A stretch of DNA of 64,000 bases from an uncultured archaeon (GTDB taxonomy: Archaea > Asgardarchaeota > Lokiarchaeia > Sigyniarchaeales > SOKP01), in the NCBI GenBank assembly GCA_964486045.1, contig CAZALK010000005.1:64001-128000 (forward strand), read 5' to 3'. Below the pieces are notes generated by a model. The model made no database searches, was not told the DNA's origin, and worked only from the letters and a program-made list of their open reading frames with translations. Below, in pieces: positions 9,246 to 19,554 of the stretch (position 1 is its first letter; every line of letters starts with the position of its first letter). The position numbers and the translations under genes were made by a program.

Positions 9246-12200
9246 CTATCTATTTTCAGAATCTCTATCATTAATTTTAGTATTATTTGTTTTAGAACCA
9301 AAAAACAAATCTGGATAAATTGGTTCAAATTTTTCAGTGAAAATTTTATGATTCATCCAAATTTTATCTTTGCCATTCCATCTGAGGTTAATTAATGGGT
9401 TATATTGTTTCAAGAATTTTAAACTACCGAATGCATTTTTAATTAGAGTTTCTCCTTGGACTAAGTCAGTTAGTATTAGATAATGTTTAATTTCTAAGTA
9501 CTCAAATAGTAAATCAAAAACATCAAAAAATTTATCCAATTCACATTTAGGAAACCAAATCTCAATCATGAATCCTGTTTCAAATGATTTTATGTCTTTA
9601 AAGCCATAAAAGTAAAAATTTCCTTCAATTTCATATATTCGACATACATTAAAGAAATTGAAAACTTTTAATATTTCATTATTTAAGCTTTTTTTAACAT
9701 TTGGGAGAATTATTGAGATTTTTTCTTGAAATCCTAGATTTTTCAAATTAAGATATGGAAATATTAACTTTCTCTTTAATAATGAAGTAATTGATTTAAT
9801 GAAATTATATTTATTCGTTCCTAAATATGATTTTAAATTCACTGGTCCTCGCTTATAAAGTTGAATTAACTCAGAAAACTCTGGTGTATCTACACCATAG
9901 GTTTCACTTTTTGAATGTTGGTCAATATTGAATTTTCTTACACTTATTGGCTGAAGTGCATAATTTGGATTAAAAAGGACATTTTGTATATGAATTTTAA
10001 AACGGTTTGATGAATAATGCCATCCTGTTATGCTTAAATTAATATCAAAATGAGTTATGTCATAAAATCTCTTAATAAAGAAGAAACAGCACTCACTTAT
10101 TGCTTTTTTTGATTTTATTAACCAGTTTAGGTATGAGTCATTAGGAGTTCTATAAGGGAAAAGAGCTTTTATAAGAACAGGTTGATTCTGGTCAATCTGA
10201 GCCGGATGTTTAATTTTCTGAAATGTGTTTATGAATAATAATTTCAAGTCGATATCATTCCAATCATGAGGACAAAGATATAAATAATATTGAGCAAGAC
10301 CATATTTTCTAAACGCTGGTATAAATTTAATAGACTTAACAAAAGTATTTAAAAAAACAGTAGATTTTACATTTTTAAATATCTCTTGGTCAAGGAGAAA
10401 TTGTTCTAGCTTATCATTAAATTCAAAAAGTTTATTTAAATAATTCGAATTAAAGTTTTTTTTTTGGTGAGAGACTCTTTTTTTTACATTAATTATTAAA
10501 TCTTCCAACTTATAATTAGGAGACCAGAACAACTTTGAATTTGGTTCTATTTTTATTTTATCAAATTTTTCCAACCTGTTCTTCCCTAAAATTTTTTGAG
10601 TATATAAATAAAATTGTTCGAAAAAATCTTTAGTATAAAAAAACTGCTTGTTCTCAAAATCGTAAAAATTTTTAGCTTTAACAAGGGATGTTCTAGCAAG
10701 ACCTCTCCAAAAAACCCTGATAATTGTTATTAAATCATCTTTAAAGATCTGAAATACGCTTGAAATAAATTCCCCCTTCTCTTTGATATTTACAGAATAA
10801 GATAATATTTGTATCAACCTCTCTTTAGTGTTTCCATCTTCCACTTCTGAAATTAAAACTCTGGGAAAATAGGATTTAAATTTTTCAAGCTTCTTATGGG
10901 TTTCGAAGGTATTTTTAAGGAGTATTACTGGATAATATTTAGCAAATTGGCTTGTTATTATCGTGTTTAGAAGCATTGGAACGATAATAGGAGGAGTATT
11001 ACCTAAGAATTTGTCGATGGTTACCTCAATTTTTTGATTTGTTATTGTGTATGATTTGGCTTGTTTAAATGCTTTTATGAGTCTTTTCTCTTTCGTTCTG
11101 TTAACTTCTGTAATCAATTTTGGATTTTTTAGAATGGAGGTTATTGAATTTAAGTTAAAGAGTTTAAGATTATAGCAAGAATTTAATAAATCGTAAAATA
11201 GTTGTATTTTTTCAAATTCTTTCTTAAATGATTTAATAGATTGGAAATATTTTGGGAGAATAGTATTAAAAATAATTTTTTTTACAGTAATATCTTGGAA
11301 AAGTATCCCATCTTCAAGAACATCAGAGATATTATTTTTTTGTAAAAATTTACTAAGTCTATCAGCATTAGGGATCTTCGGATTATCAATTAAAATTTGT
11401 TCTATCAATGTTAAATTCTTCAGCAAAAAACTCAAGGTTTCATACAGAAAGAAAAAACCTTGGTTAAGGTTTTGGGTAAGAAAAATTATGAATTCTTCCT
11501 TTAATTGTTCAAACTGTAATAATTTATTAAAATTTTCCTTGAATTCTGTTAAATTAGTTAATTGGTTCCGATACTCATTTTTTATATCCTCCTTTATAGC
11601 ATTTAAAGTCTCAACTCTTTTATCAAAGGTTAAACCCGTAACCGAAAGAAACTTTACTCTATTAAGAATAGCGCTCTCGAATACTGAGAGTGGATATATA
11701 GGAGGATTGAAAGGAAATACAACTGAGTGTTCGTTCTCATAATCTTTCTTGTAGCTTTTTAACAATGGATCAATTATCTTAGAGGAGTTGGAGATAACTG
11801 AATAATAATTTAGATTTAAAAAATTCTTTGCTGTTTTAAAATAATAAAGTTGGTGGTCAATGATATAACCCTGTGCTTTACAGTTATTAAAATAGTTATG
11901 TAAATCCTTTAAATACACTTTTGGTAAATTAATTATCATAGCAAATTTACTAGCAAAGCTGTTTTCCATTGTTTTTGGTGAATCCACAAATGGTAGGTTA
12001 TCAAATAATCTTTTTACTTTATTCCTTTCTAAAAGAGGATTGAATGTTAGTTCACAAATAAGAGGAAAACGACCAATTGCATTAGAAACAATATTATAAC
12101 TAGGAGCGATTGATGTACATTTATTAACCCATTGCAAGTTATTATAAAATCTTTTTAAACTTAGATTTGATTTTACTTTCTTCTCTTCTAATAGATTTTT

Positions 12201-12920
12201 GTAATGATTTTGATAATCTATAAGATTCATATATTTTTTGTTTTTAAAAAATATGGTTAGTAATAATTGTAGAGTCTCAATAACGTCTTTATTATAAAGA
12301 GATTTTGAGGTTTTGTATGTGTACTTTTCAAATAACTCATCATAATAACTGACAATGTTACGATTTCCAATAAGTAAAGCGTTTTCATGAATTTCACTAA
12401 AAAAAAATTGAACTGGGTTTTCTTGTTCTTCAGATGCTTCAATCTTAAAAAACTTCCGTAGTTTATCTGATTGTGCAATTAAAAAATCTCTATCGACTAA
12501 TATGTCTCGAATAAGGATATGCCAATTATTGAATCCAACAGTTTTCTCAAGATCATTTTCAATAATCTGATTAATATAAACTTTAATCATTTCATTGTCT
12601 TTCACTTCTTTTGGCACGAAACAGTAATATGCCTCCCGAAGTAAAATTAAAGGTAAGAAATCTCTTTTCTTTTCATAGATCTCAATTATAAGAGAATTAT
12701 TTTTATATTTTCTATTAACACCTAGATCAAGGATTTTTGCATTCTCTCCAACTTCAATATCTTCTGAAAGTAACTTAATTTCAACATTTTTATTAATTGG
12801 CTGTAAACCTAAATAATCAACTAATTCTGATATTAGAAGTTCAAAGATATTTTGAAGCTGAATATTTTCTGGGTTGTTTAATAATTTACTCAATATATCT
12901 AAATTTTTTCTAGTTGACAT
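9246..12920 (-). CDS. Very large protein with several Lrp/AsnC-like modules (putative regulator)
   Basis: 1224 aa. Segments resembling the AsnC linker recur (IPAFRKYGLAQYYLYL; KRKLIFPYLNLKNLGFQEKISII), with an N-terminal LLREAYYCF motif. Confidence 0.55.
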   Translation of the reverse strand: MSTRKNLDILSKLLNNPENIQLQNIFELLISELVDYLGLQPINKNVEIKLLSEDIEVGENAKILDLGVNRKYKNNSLIIEIYEKKRDFLPLILLREAYYCFVPKEVKDNEMIKVYINQIIENDLEKTVGFNNWHILIRDILVDRDFLIAQSDKLRKFFKIEASEEQENPVQFFFSEIHENALLIGNRNIVSYYDELFEKYTYKTSKSLYNKDVIETLQLLLTIFFKNKKYMNLIDYQNHYKNLLEEKKVKSNLSLKRFYNNLQWVNKCTSIAPSYNIVSNAIGRFPLICELTFNPLLERNKVKRLFDNLPFVDSPKTMENSFASKFAMIINLPKVYLKDLHNYFNNCKAQGYIIDHQLYYFKTAKNFLNLNYYSVISNSSKIIDPLLKSYKKDYENEHSVVFPFNPPIYPLSVFESAILNRVKFLSVTGLTFDKRVETLNAIKEDIKNEYRNQLTNLTEFKENFNKLLQFEQLKEEFIIFLTQNLNQGFFFLYETLSFLLKNLTLIEQILIDNPKIPNADRLSKFLQKNNISDVLEDGILFQDITVKKIIFNTILPKYFQSIKSFKKEFEKIQLFYDLLNSCYNLKLFNLNSITSILKNPKLITEVNRTKEKRLIKAFKQAKSYTITNQKIEVTIDKFLGNTPPIIVPMLLNTIITSQFAKYYPVILLKNTFETHKKLEKFKSYFPRVLISEVEDGNTKERLIQILSYSVNIKEKGEFISSVFQIFKDDLITIIRVFWRGLARTSLVKAKNFYDFENKQFFYTKDFFEQFYLYTQKILGKNRLEKFDKIKIEPNSKLFWSPNYKLEDLIINVKKRVSHQKKNFNSNYLNKLFEFNDKLEQFLLDQEIFKNVKSTVFLNTFVKSIKFIPAFRKYGLAQYYLYLCPHDWNDIDLKLLFINTFQKIKHPAQIDQNQPVLIKALFPYRTPNDSYLNWLIKSKKAISECCFFFIKRFYDITHFDINLSITGWHYSSNRFKIHIQNVLFNPNYALQPISVRKFNIDQHSKSETYGVDTPEFSELIQLYKRGPVNLKSYLGTNKYNFIKSITSLLKRKLIFPYLNLKNLGFQEKISIILPNVKKSLNNEILKVFNFFNVCRIYEIEGNFYFYGFKDIKSFETGFMIEIWFPKCELDKFFDVFDLLFEYLEIKHYLILTDLVQGETLIKNAFGSLKFLKQYNPLINLRWNGKDKIWMNHKIFTEKFEPIYPDLFFGSKTNNTKINDRDSENR

Positions 12921-13124
12921 GAATATTTAAATTTTTAACCCGTTGTTGAAACTCTTCTATTTTTTGAATAATCTTGTTGTATATATATAATTTTACTTCG
13001 ATAAATTTACTTTTATAAGATTTTTGTCAGACTAAGATCTTTCCATTTTTTCTTGTACTTTATATAAATAAAATATGAAATGTTACCACCTTACCATGTA
13101 TAGTTGGAAAAGAGGTTTACTAAA

Positions 13125-13154
13125 ATGCCATATCAAGGGGAAGGACAACCATAA
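13125..13154 (+). CDS. Candidate 9-aa micropeptide MPYQGEGQP
   Basis: TTTATATA box at 13059, GAGGT SD at 13112-13116, ATG at 13125, TAA, then a hairpin. Confidence 0.4.
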   Translation: MPYQGEGQP

Positions 13155-13160
13155 AGGACT

Positions 13161-13186
13161 AGTTTGATCCAATTTGGATTCAAACT
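13161..13186 (+). terminator. Hairpin after the micro-ORF
   Basis: AGTTTGA-TCCA-att-TGGA-t-TCAAACT inverted repeat followed by T-rich sequence. Confidence 0.45.
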
Positions 13187-13496
13187 CTATATTTCTTTTA
13201 TTATAGTAATGTTTTCGGGCATTTTTTTAATTTTATCTCAAAAAGAATTAAAATTTCGTATGTGTTAAAGAAGGAATCCGGAAAATAACAGGAATTAACG
13301 GGGTTAATTCTTTTTACTTTTTGCAAAAATATTTCATATAATCGCTGACCATAAATTAATAATTTTATTGTATGATTATAAATATTTAGTGGGATCAAAA
13401 TACTCTTTAATAAGATTTTAATTGAATTTATAATTAGTCTAATCATAAAACATCCTAAAGAGAAATAGTAAGAATTAAATATTTGGGGAAAATAAA

Positions 13497-14954
13497 ATGC
13501 CAAGGCCAAGTCCACTTGAAGTGTACGCTGTCTTAGACAAAAGTAATTGTAGGGAATGCGGATATGATACTTGCATGGCTTTTGCAACAGATATCTTAGA
13601 AAGGAAGGTCAGAGTTCAGGATTGTACTCACTTGACGCAAGATCTAAAACAATCAAAAAATAAAGATAAACTTATTAAGCTAATCACTCCACCTCAAAAA
13701 CCTGTTATTATAGGAGTAGGAGATCGTGCGGTAACTATCGGTGGTGAGGAAGTATTAATGAGACATCAATTGACTTTTTATAACCAAACAGCTATCTTTA
13801 TAGAAATCGCGGATGATGATGCTGATTTAGAAGAAATTATCAATTATCTTACTAACCTAAAGTTAGAGAGGATTGGTGAGGTGCTTACTTTAGATGGAGT
13901 TGCTTTAAGAAATGTGTCTGGAGATAAAGAGCAATTTAAGTTGGCAGCAAATAAAATAACAAAACTTTCAAATCTTCCTATTATGTTATGCACTTTCAAT
14001 GTAGATAATTTGTTGTATGCCGCAGAAGCAATTAAGGTTAACAGACCACTATTATATGCTGTTACAAAAGATTCGTGGGAAGAAATTGGAAAGTTTGCAT
14101 TACAAAATAGTTTACCAGTTGCTGTGTTTTCAAACAATTTAGATGAATTAATGTCTTTAAGTGCAACATTACAGAAATTAGGAGTAAAAGAAATTGTATT
14201 AGATTCTGGCACATTTTTTGGTTCAGGCAATCTTTCAGCAACTTATGATAAAATTATGCAGTTAAGAACATCTGCTATAAATAAGGAAGATGTTAATGCG
14301 GGATGGCCGATTATGGGTGTTCCTGCAGGGTATTGGAATCAAGTGAAAGTTGGAGATGAGAAAGAACAATGGGAACACAAATTTCAAGAAATTATCATGG
14401 GAGCAATAATGGAATCAATCGATACAAACTTAATTGTATTACACACTGGTCAGAAAAAGGAAGATATTTGGGCACTTTTAGCAATAATGACACTACGTCA
14501 AAGTGTGTTCTCAGATCCAAGAATTTACCCTGCAGTCGATGCAGGAATTTACAAAGTTGGGGAACCAGATGACATGGCACCTATTTTTGTTACAAGTAAT
14601 TATAGAATGACTAAAATCCCTGTGGAACAAGATTTACTAGGAGCTAACATTAATTGCTGGCTACTAGTAGTAGACACTGAGGGAATCGGGATAGAAAGTG
14701 CTGTAGCAGGAGGCCAGTTTAACGCGGGTGGAATCGGAGAAGCTGTGAAAGAATTTAACGCATTTGACAATGTTAATCATCGGATTCTTGTTATCCCAGG
14801 AATGGCTGCTCGATTAAGTGGAGCCTTGGAAGATGAAGCTGATACATATGTTGTAGTTGGACCAAGAGATAGTAGTGGAATCCCAAAATTTATGGACACT
14901 CAATGGAAACCCAAAGATTTCATGAAAGAGTATGCATCTTGGGAAAAAGAATGA
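13497..14954 (+). CDS. cdhE: Acetyl-CoA decarbonylase/synthase gamma subunit (corrinoid Fe-S protein large subunit)
   Basis: NCRECGYDTCMAFA..C Fe-S motif, GGEEVLMRH, LRQSVFSDP, DTEG and VVGPRDSS motifs. Confidence 0.92.
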   Translation: MPRPSPLEVYAVLDKSNCRECGYDTCMAFATDILERKVRVQDCTHLTQDLKQSKNKDKLIKLITPPQKPVIIGVGDRAVTIGGEEVLMRHQLTFYNQTAIFIEIADDDADLEEIINYLTNLKLERIGEVLTLDGVALRNVSGDKEQFKLAANKITKLSNLPIMLCTFNVDNLLYAAEAIKVNRPLLYAVTKDSWEEIGKFALQNSLPVAVFSNNLDELMSLSATLQKLGVKEIVLDSGTFFGSGNLSATYDKIMQLRTSAINKEDVNAGWPIMGVPAGYWNQVKVGDEKEQWEHKFQEIIMGAIMESIDTNLIVLHTGQKKEDIWALLAIMTLRQSVFSDPRIYPAVDAGIYKVGEPDDMAPIFVTSNYRMTKIPVEQDLLGANINCWLLVVDTEGIGIESAVAGGQFNAGGIGEAVKEFNAFDNVNHRILVIPGMAARLSGALEDEADTYVVVGPRDSSGIPKFMDTQWKPKDFMKEYASWEKE

Positions 14955-15003
14955 TTTTTTTTTCTTAGATATTTTAAACTTCAGTAATTTCGTTCTAAAA
15001 GCA

Positions 15004-15654
15004 TTAGATGAGAGAATATATCATATTTTCCGATAGATCTTTAACACTATTTATTATAATGGATCTATTTTTTCTGACTTCTTCTAAAGTTTTAGACGAA
15101 TGAAAACCGGTTAAAACCCCTATGAATGGACATTTTAACAATATCGAAAGCTCAGCATCATTCGGATGGTCACCTATAACAATGAATTGAAAATTAGGAT
15201 ATTCTTTATCCAAATAATTCTTAATTTTAATATCTGTTTTACTTTTTATTTCTTCTGTTTCTCCTAGAATATAGTCAAAATAGCAAGAAATTTGTAAATA
15301 TTTAACAATTCTTTCAGCCATTTCTTGCTTTTTTGAAGTTATTAAACCAAGTGTAAATTTCTTAATTCTCAACTCATCTAACTTTTCCTTGATTCCAGGT
15401 AATAAATATGATTGGAAAATACCCTTCTCTCCGTAATATTAGCGAAATATTACGGCTAATTTCGTTGGATTTACACCTGAAACTCTCCTGAACATATCTA
15501 CTAAAGGAATTCCAATCATTTCTTCAATTTCAACCTCGGGTAACTCAGGAATTTTAAACTTCATTAGTGCGAAGTTAAATGAATTGATGATTCCCTGTTT
15601 ATTATTTATTAAAGTAAAATCAAGATCAAAACTCAAAACAATTTTTTGATTCAT
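15004..15654 (-). pseudogene. HAD-family hydrolase (phosphoglycolate phosphatase-like) with an in-frame TAA
   Basis: FDLDFTL motif I in 15439..15654 and ITSK/IGDHPND in 15004..15372 lie in the same frame, separated only by TAA at 15439-15441. Confidence 0.8.
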
Positions 15655-15753
15655 TTCTAACTGCCAATTAAGATAAAATTTAAGTTGGTTATTTTTAAGA
15701 GGTAATAACACAAGGTTAAAACAAAAAAAAAATTTAGAAATTTATTAATTTAT

Positions 15754-17439
15754 TCATGGTTTGATTATCTTTCGCTTCTTTGTCAAGTATTTCGCCACTA
15801 TTACAACCGCAATTGAAGAAACAACTCCAATTAGCAGAACACCAGGACCTGGGATAAATGGACTTTCATCTGGAGTGGGATCATCTGGAGGGGGTGTAGA
15901 TTGTTTGAATACGGCATCTGGATCAACAGCAATTTCAGTATCATGAGTAGCGTCAGCATAACCTTGCTTACTCGCCGTTAAGTTGAGCCATTTTCCAGGT
16001 TGGAGTGGACTCACCAATATAGCCGTTAAAGTAAAATCATAAGTACCATCTCCATTATCGGTCACAGTTCCAATTGAAAGGCCATTCCAAGTTCCAGTGA
16101 CCGTAGCCCCGGATACAGGATTATCCCAGGGATCCTTTACTAGAATAGTAATATCAAATGTAGTATTAGTAAATAAAGTTTTGATGATGTCGATTTGTAA
16201 AACATTCGGTAATACCGGTGTTGGAACGTAGAAAATGTAAATCCAATGCCAATAGAGATAGTAATATTCAATCCATATAATGAAATCAATAAAAATCCAG
16301 GTAAAGTCTATAATTATAAACCACCACTGTATTTTTATAATCCACCACTCCCACCAAAAAATTACAACCCAGTGAATGTAGTAGTGAAAGTACCATATTG
16401 TGATTTGTAGATATATCCATACAATTACGATGTAAGTATAGTAGTATTCAATCTTATAGTCATAATCAGGGTAGGTGATGATAAACAATAGTTCATATAA
16501 AATCCATAAATAGAATATATAAGTCCAGTAGCCCCAGAATATTGAAATACTTACCCACAATGTCGGCCAAAAAATTATAAATGGTTCGGTCAAGTGATAA
16601 ATAGCAACATCAAATCCTAAAGAGGTCAAAACCAAAATAATTTCAAAACCTCCATACGTTATAATGACTGTATCGTTGAAAGTTACTAATGATAAACCGG
16701 GTACAATATCGTGAATAAACCCTGATCCTACTCCAAATCCAGTAGGGGCTCCATTATATGAAATTTGGCCAGTAAATGTCGAAATATTATAAACATCAGT
16801 CCCAAATACAACAGCTATCCAATCAAATGCCTGATAAATAAAGAATGGTGCTCCGAAATTTACAGTTAAGCAGGAAACATCTGTAGCGTAGTCCCAATCA
16901 TAGATAACAGCCCAAGGTATTGTTCCATGTTCCCAAACCTCAAAATGTTGCATAAATCCTTCGGTCATATTAGCTGTTGCTGATGCACTTACATTACTAT
17001 TGCCTACTTCTGATGAATCCGCCTCAATACTATCTACACTGTGAGGATTAAATCCATTATCTACTGTAACATTAAAACCTGTGTCTTTATCTTTTAAAAT
17101 TGTTTTGTTGCCAGTGGTTGTAGAAATTTCAACTGAATTGTTGATTACCGCTTTACTGTTTCCAGAGGGTCCTTCTGTGAATGTAGAATCAATTGGTAAC
17201 GAATCCGTCCCGTTATTTAGTGTTGTAATTGTGTTATCAGCGGTATCATCTGAAAGGATATTCATCGTATTTCCTCCGGCTAAATCATATGTTTCGTTAT
17301 AATTTGATAAGACAGGGGACTCTTCGTTTTCTTCAGCAGCTGCAAGGCTAGATGCTAAATTATTAGTTTGAGCAAAAATTCCAAGAATTAAGAAAACACT
17401 AATAAAAACTACTGTTATTGTTTTTGTTTTGTTATTCAA
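15754..17439 (-). CDS. Cell-surface protein: signal peptide, aromatic-rich segment, Ig-like domain, Pro-rich linker, C-terminal TM anchor
   Basis: N-terminal hydrophobic leader; VKDPWDNPVSGATV..DNGDGTY Ig-like pattern; FIPGPG-TM-KKRK tail. Confidence 0.75.
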   Translation of the reverse strand: MNNKTKTITVVFISVFLILGIFAQTNNLASSLAAAEENEESPVLSNYNETYDLAGGNTMNILSDDTADNTITTLNNGTDSLPIDSTFTEGPSGNSKAVINNSVEISTTTGNKTILKDKDTGFNVTVDNGFNPHSVDSIEADSSEVGNSNVSASATANMTEGFMQHFEVWEHGTIPWAVIYDWDYATDVSCLTVNFGAPFFIYQAFDWIAVVFGTDVYNISTFTGQISYNGAPTGFGVGSGFIHDIVPGLSLVTFNDTVIITYGGFEIILVLTSLGFDVAIYHLTEPFIIFWPTLWVSISIFWGYWTYIFYLWILYELLFIITYPDYDYKIEYYYTYIVIVWIYLQITIWYFHYYIHWVVIFWWEWWIIKIQWWFIIIDFTWIFIDFIIWIEYYYLYWHWIYIFYVPTPVLPNVLQIDIIKTLFTNTTFDITILVKDPWDNPVSGATVTGTWNGLSIGTVTDNGDGTYDFTLTAILVSPLQPGKWLNLTASKQGYADATHDTEIAVDPDAVFKQSTPPPDDPTPDESPFIPGPGVLLIGVVSSIAVVIVAKYLTKKRKIIKP

Positions 17440-17576
17440 TATTAGTCACAATTTTTAGTAGATTTATTTTTATTTGTTATAAGGTAATTAATAGGTTGGT
17501 TATTTATACATTGCTAAATTTCTTATCTGATTCAAAAACGTTTTTTTACAAAAAAGTACAATAAGTATAAATAAAT

Positions 17577-19229
17577 TTACCCTAGTTTGAAGCCTTTAAA
17601 TAATTTTAAAAAGAACAAAATTTCTCCAGAACTTTCAATTAATCTTCTTAAATTATAAGGAAAATCATTTAGTACAACTTCTTTTCCTTTGGATATACGG
17701 TCAATCATTATTTTTATTATTTCTTTATATTTTCTAACAGTTTTGCCATCTGAATCAATTTCCGATATGATTTTCCAAGCTTTTTCAAACTTACCATTTA
17801 ACATGCATGACATTGAAGCTAACACATAGCTTAGTATGATGTGAGCGGAACTTATCTTCTTTAAATTTGCTGCACGATAATAATAGCGATAAACATTATT
17901 GACCATCTCTCTTAAGAGAAAGTCTTTTGCTGTATCAAGTTGTTCATAAAATTTGATACTCTCCAAAATGAGAGTCGCTGCGGTAAAAAATTGTTTGTTT
18001 TTTAAATCTTCTTCTGCTATCTTATTTAATCCCCTAATTATTTGATTGAAGATACCGTATCTGTCATATTCCAAGCGTCCTTCAATAGCAATGTCATAAG
18101 CATTCAAATAGCTTTCTGTAGATTCATTGATACTCCCTAATTTCCAAAAGTTATCCCCTGCCTTTATAAAATGTTTGTAAGCTAAGTCCATATTATTCAA
18201 TTCCTTGAATATATTAGCACCATCGAAAAAGTTAATAGCTGCTTGGCTATAATCCTTAATTTTCTTAGAAAAATTCCCAGCTAACAAAAAACAAGAGGCA
18301 CATTCAATTAAATTATTTTTTATTTCTTGATAACATAATCCTGCGCCTCGATAATATCTTGCGATCTTATTATAATTTTCAGGATTTTTTTCTAAATTTT
18401 CAGCTAGATCTATATAGGCTCCGGCCTCTTTTTTAGAAAAATTAATATAGTTTTCTTCTTCAGCTAAAATCTTATATAAGTTTTTCAGTATCTGATATAT
18501 TTGGGCTAATGTTAAATTCTCGTTCTTTTCTTCTAATTCTGTTGCTAAGTTTGAGAATAATTCTACAGCTTCTAAAATAACATCTTGAGATTTGCTATAA
18601 TCATCTATTTCTTCATAGCACGTGCTAATTTGTTGATATGAGTAAGAGAGCATATCATAATAATGATGGTTTTCTGAAATTTTGATAACTCTTTGGTAAT
18701 ATTTTATAGAATTTGGAAAATCAGATAATTTTAAAAATAATTCTGCGATATTTTGGTAATTTTGGGCAAGCTTCCTTGTTTCGTTAAATTCTTTTAAGAG
18801 GGTACTTTCTTGTTTTAAGAATTTTATACTATTCAAGAGATTCTTCTTTTCCGTAATTGTGTCTTGGAATTTTTCCATAGAAATTTCGGCAATTCTAAGA
18901 TACAATTCCGCGATCTCATGCAACTTTGCTTGTAATTTATAGTCAACAATTTGTTTCTTATAAAGCTCAATAATTTGTTTATATAATTTTGACGCTTCTA
19001 AGGAATCAAGATCCTCAATGATTACCGCAGCAGAATATAAAAATTCTCCAGCTTCGAAGAATTCCCCCGATTGAGCAATTTCGTTTGAAAAGTTAATTGA
19101 AGATGAAATAATCTCTTGTATTGATTTATTTCGCATCACAGGATCATCGAGACTCCTAATTCTTAACCCATTATCTCTAATTTTCTCTAAAAACTCTGCG
19201 TAATCTATGAATTCTTCCTCTTCGATAAT
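17577..19229 (-). CDS. SNAP-like TPR protein
   Basis: Repeats such as ARYYRGAGLCY and AAINFFDGANIFKELNNMDLAYKHFIKAGD resemble alpha-SNAP. The frame stays open 30 codons upstream of 19139, to ATT 19229 after GAGGAG. Confidence 0.65.
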   Translation of the reverse strand: MIEEEEFIDYAEFLEKIRDNGLRIRSLDDPVMRNKSIQEIISSSINFSNEIAQSGEFFEAGEFLYSAAVIIEDLDSLEASKLYKQIIELYKKQIVDYKLQAKLHEIAELYLRIAEISMEKFQDTITEKKNLLNSIKFLKQESTLLKEFNETRKLAQNYQNIAELFLKLSDFPNSIKYYQRVIKISENHHYYDMLSYSYQQISTCYEEIDDYSKSQDVILEAVELFSNLATELEEKNENLTLAQIYQILKNLYKILAEEENYINFSKKEAGAYIDLAENLEKNPENYNKIARYYRGAGLCYQEIKNNLIECASCFLLAGNFSKKIKDYSQAAINFFDGANIFKELNNMDLAYKHFIKAGDNFWKLGSINESTESYLNAYDIAIEGRLEYDRYGIFNQIIRGLNKIAEEDLKNKQFFTAATLILESIKFYEQLDTAKDFLLREMVNNVYRYYYRAANLKKISSAHIILSYVLASMSCMLNGKFEKAWKIISEIDSDGKTVRKYKEIIKIMIDRISKGKEVVLNDFPYNLRRLIESSGEILFFLKLFKGFKLG

Positions 19230-19351
19230 CTATGATCTCCTCAGATTAAAAATGACAACTATGTATTGAAATTTATTAGCTAATAAAAAATTTAGTTTTC
19301 CTCTTTTTCAATTTAGAATAATGCCTACAAGCTGTAACGTTGGGATCCACT

Positions 19352-19422
19352 GTGATGTACTTAACTTGAAAAAATTATTGTTTTATTCATTTTTAATGAT
19401 AAATATTTCTGTTATGAGCGAT
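19352..19422. repeat. Degenerate direct repeat A, copy 1
   Basis: Ungapped alignment to 19899..19969 (GTGATGTA..TTGTTTTATT..TGATAAATATTTCTGT.ATGAGC); weaker similarity extends about 40 bp upstream. Confidence 0.8.
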
Positions 19423-19554
19423 TCAAGAGAAGGATTATCCTTTTATTCCATAAAAAATATGTTAAAAATGAAATTTTAAGGAAGGAAATCTGTTAAATAT
19501 TAATATTTCATATTATTAACTAAAAACTTAAATCATTGATTATAAGGGTAAAAA

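Noticed and set aside
9085-9318. 77-aa plus-strand ORF
   Set aside because: Overlaps the 3' end of the 1224-aa gene and has no recognisable motif; at most a gene remnant
13201-13587. 128-aa minus-strand ORF
   Set aside because: Overlaps the cdhE start and promoter; composition looks like translated AT-rich intergenic DNA
15439-15441. Stop-codon reassignment to explain in-frame TAA codons
   Set aside because: TAA is the normal terminator of many intact genes in this window
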